From IMG/VR virus record IMGVR_UViG_3300018079_000016, positions 1 through 46,894 of that record: a DNA stretch of 46,894 nt. One strand, written 5' to 3'. Source of the stretch: a virus (lineage: Duplodnaviria; Caudoviricetes). The position numbers were made by a program, and so were the translations under genes. The stretch's first letter is position 1. Each line of letters opens with the position of its first letter. Below the pieces are notes generated by a model that saw only the letters and a list, made by a program, of their open reading frames with translations, did no database searches and was not told the origin of the DNA. Below are positions 46,166-46,894 of this stretch, in pieces.

Positions 46166-46441
46166 TTACAATCCCTTTTGGGAAAGAAATTCACCTATTG
46201 CTGCTACGTTAGGTGAACAGATAGCACAATTAGGCTTATCCTCTTTCAGTAAATCTTCATCGAGAATCATTTCACCATTACAATTCCAACAGATACTACG
46301 CTTACCAAGCATAGCCTCTTGTGGCATATTGCGTGGCATGAAATGAGTGCAATCAGGTAACGCGCAGAACCACAATCCATCAATCTTGTGATACTTATGC
46401 GTATGCTTTTTTGCACCTGTTCTTTTTCTGTTTGTTGCCAT
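46166..46441 (-). CDS. Basic zinc-binding early protein
   Basis: HTHKY...C...CTH, CWNC, CAIC; first ORF after the promoter at 46691-46719. Confidence 0.7.
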   Translation of the reverse strand: MATNRKRTGAKKHTHKYHKIDGLWFCALPDCTHFMPRNMPQEAMLGKRSICWNCNGEMILDEDLLKEDKPNCAICSPNVAAIGEFLSQKGL

Positions 46442-46463
46442 ATTCTATCTCTCTTTTACTGAA

Positions 46464-46611
46464 TTGCTAGGGTAGCTCGGGAACCAAGACTTCCTCTCAT
46501 AAAGGTTATCCTATTTGCCATTACCTGTTTCTAATGCACGCCTTTGTGGACCTTATCGGAACTACTCAGCGTATCAGAACTCAGTGACTTATTTAGATAA
46601 CACCCTAGCAA
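46464..46611 (-). ncRNA. Putative structured early leader RNA
   Basis: Perfect 10-bp closing stem enclosing about 130 nt with inner hairpins. Confidence 0.35.
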
Positions 46612-46690
46612 ACTTAACTGAATTAGAAGTATAGAGTGGAAGTCATAATAAAAGCGTCAAAGCCTTGACACCCTCCCTCCGTCCCTACAC

Positions 46691-46719
46691 AGTATATCAC
46701 ACTCTAGCACGGAAGTCAA
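46691..46719 (-). promoter_or_regulatory. Strong sigma70-type early promoter with extended -10
   Basis: Minus strand TTGACT-17 nt-TATACT with TG at -15/-14. Confidence 0.8.
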
Positions 46720-46761
46720 CGACCTAAATAGTGGACATTGTGTTGTGGGGTTATAATAATA

Positions 46762-46792
<31 letters not shown>

Positions 46793-46894
46793 AAACCCCT
46801 TTTGGGGGGGGTGGTGATGGGAAGGGGGGGGGGGGGGGGGGGGAAAAAAAAGATGAAGAGGGTAGGTTATATTAAATAATTAAAATAAAATAAA

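Overview
This window looks like a near-complete to complete ~46.8 kb tailed dsDNA bacteriophage genome with podovirus-type morphogenesis, probably circular and broken at a long poly(A) tract present at both ends. The + arm (1363-27680) encodes a putative TerS, TerL, portal, scaffold, major capsid, adaptor, nozzle, tail fibres, a GNAT-like protein and three ejection-type proteins. The - arm (46441 to 27664, plus 673-320) encodes a SprT-SNF2 helicase fusion, a PD-(D/E)XK nuclease, a Sak4/AAA_24-like ATPase, an SSB, a cold-shock protein, a UDG-3'exo-PolA fusion, a DUF3987-like NTPase, an Nmad1/DUF1599-like protein and many small Cys-rich ORFs. I recognised no integrase, repressor, tRNA, CRISPR array, endolysin or primase. 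The most notable observations are: (1) a divergent control region with two sigma54-type promoters, three TGTCG-N6-CGACA-like enhancer sites and an IHF-like site, but no phage-encoded activator; (2) a tail nozzle apparently split across three polypeptides; (3) a PolA with atypical catalytic motifs; (4) a SprT(HDxxH)-SNF2 fusion; (5) two candidate structured RNAs; (6) a paralog of an ejection-protein N-terminus next to the portal; (7) apparent GATC avoidance. All family assignments come from motif recognition by eye and gene order; no database searches were run.
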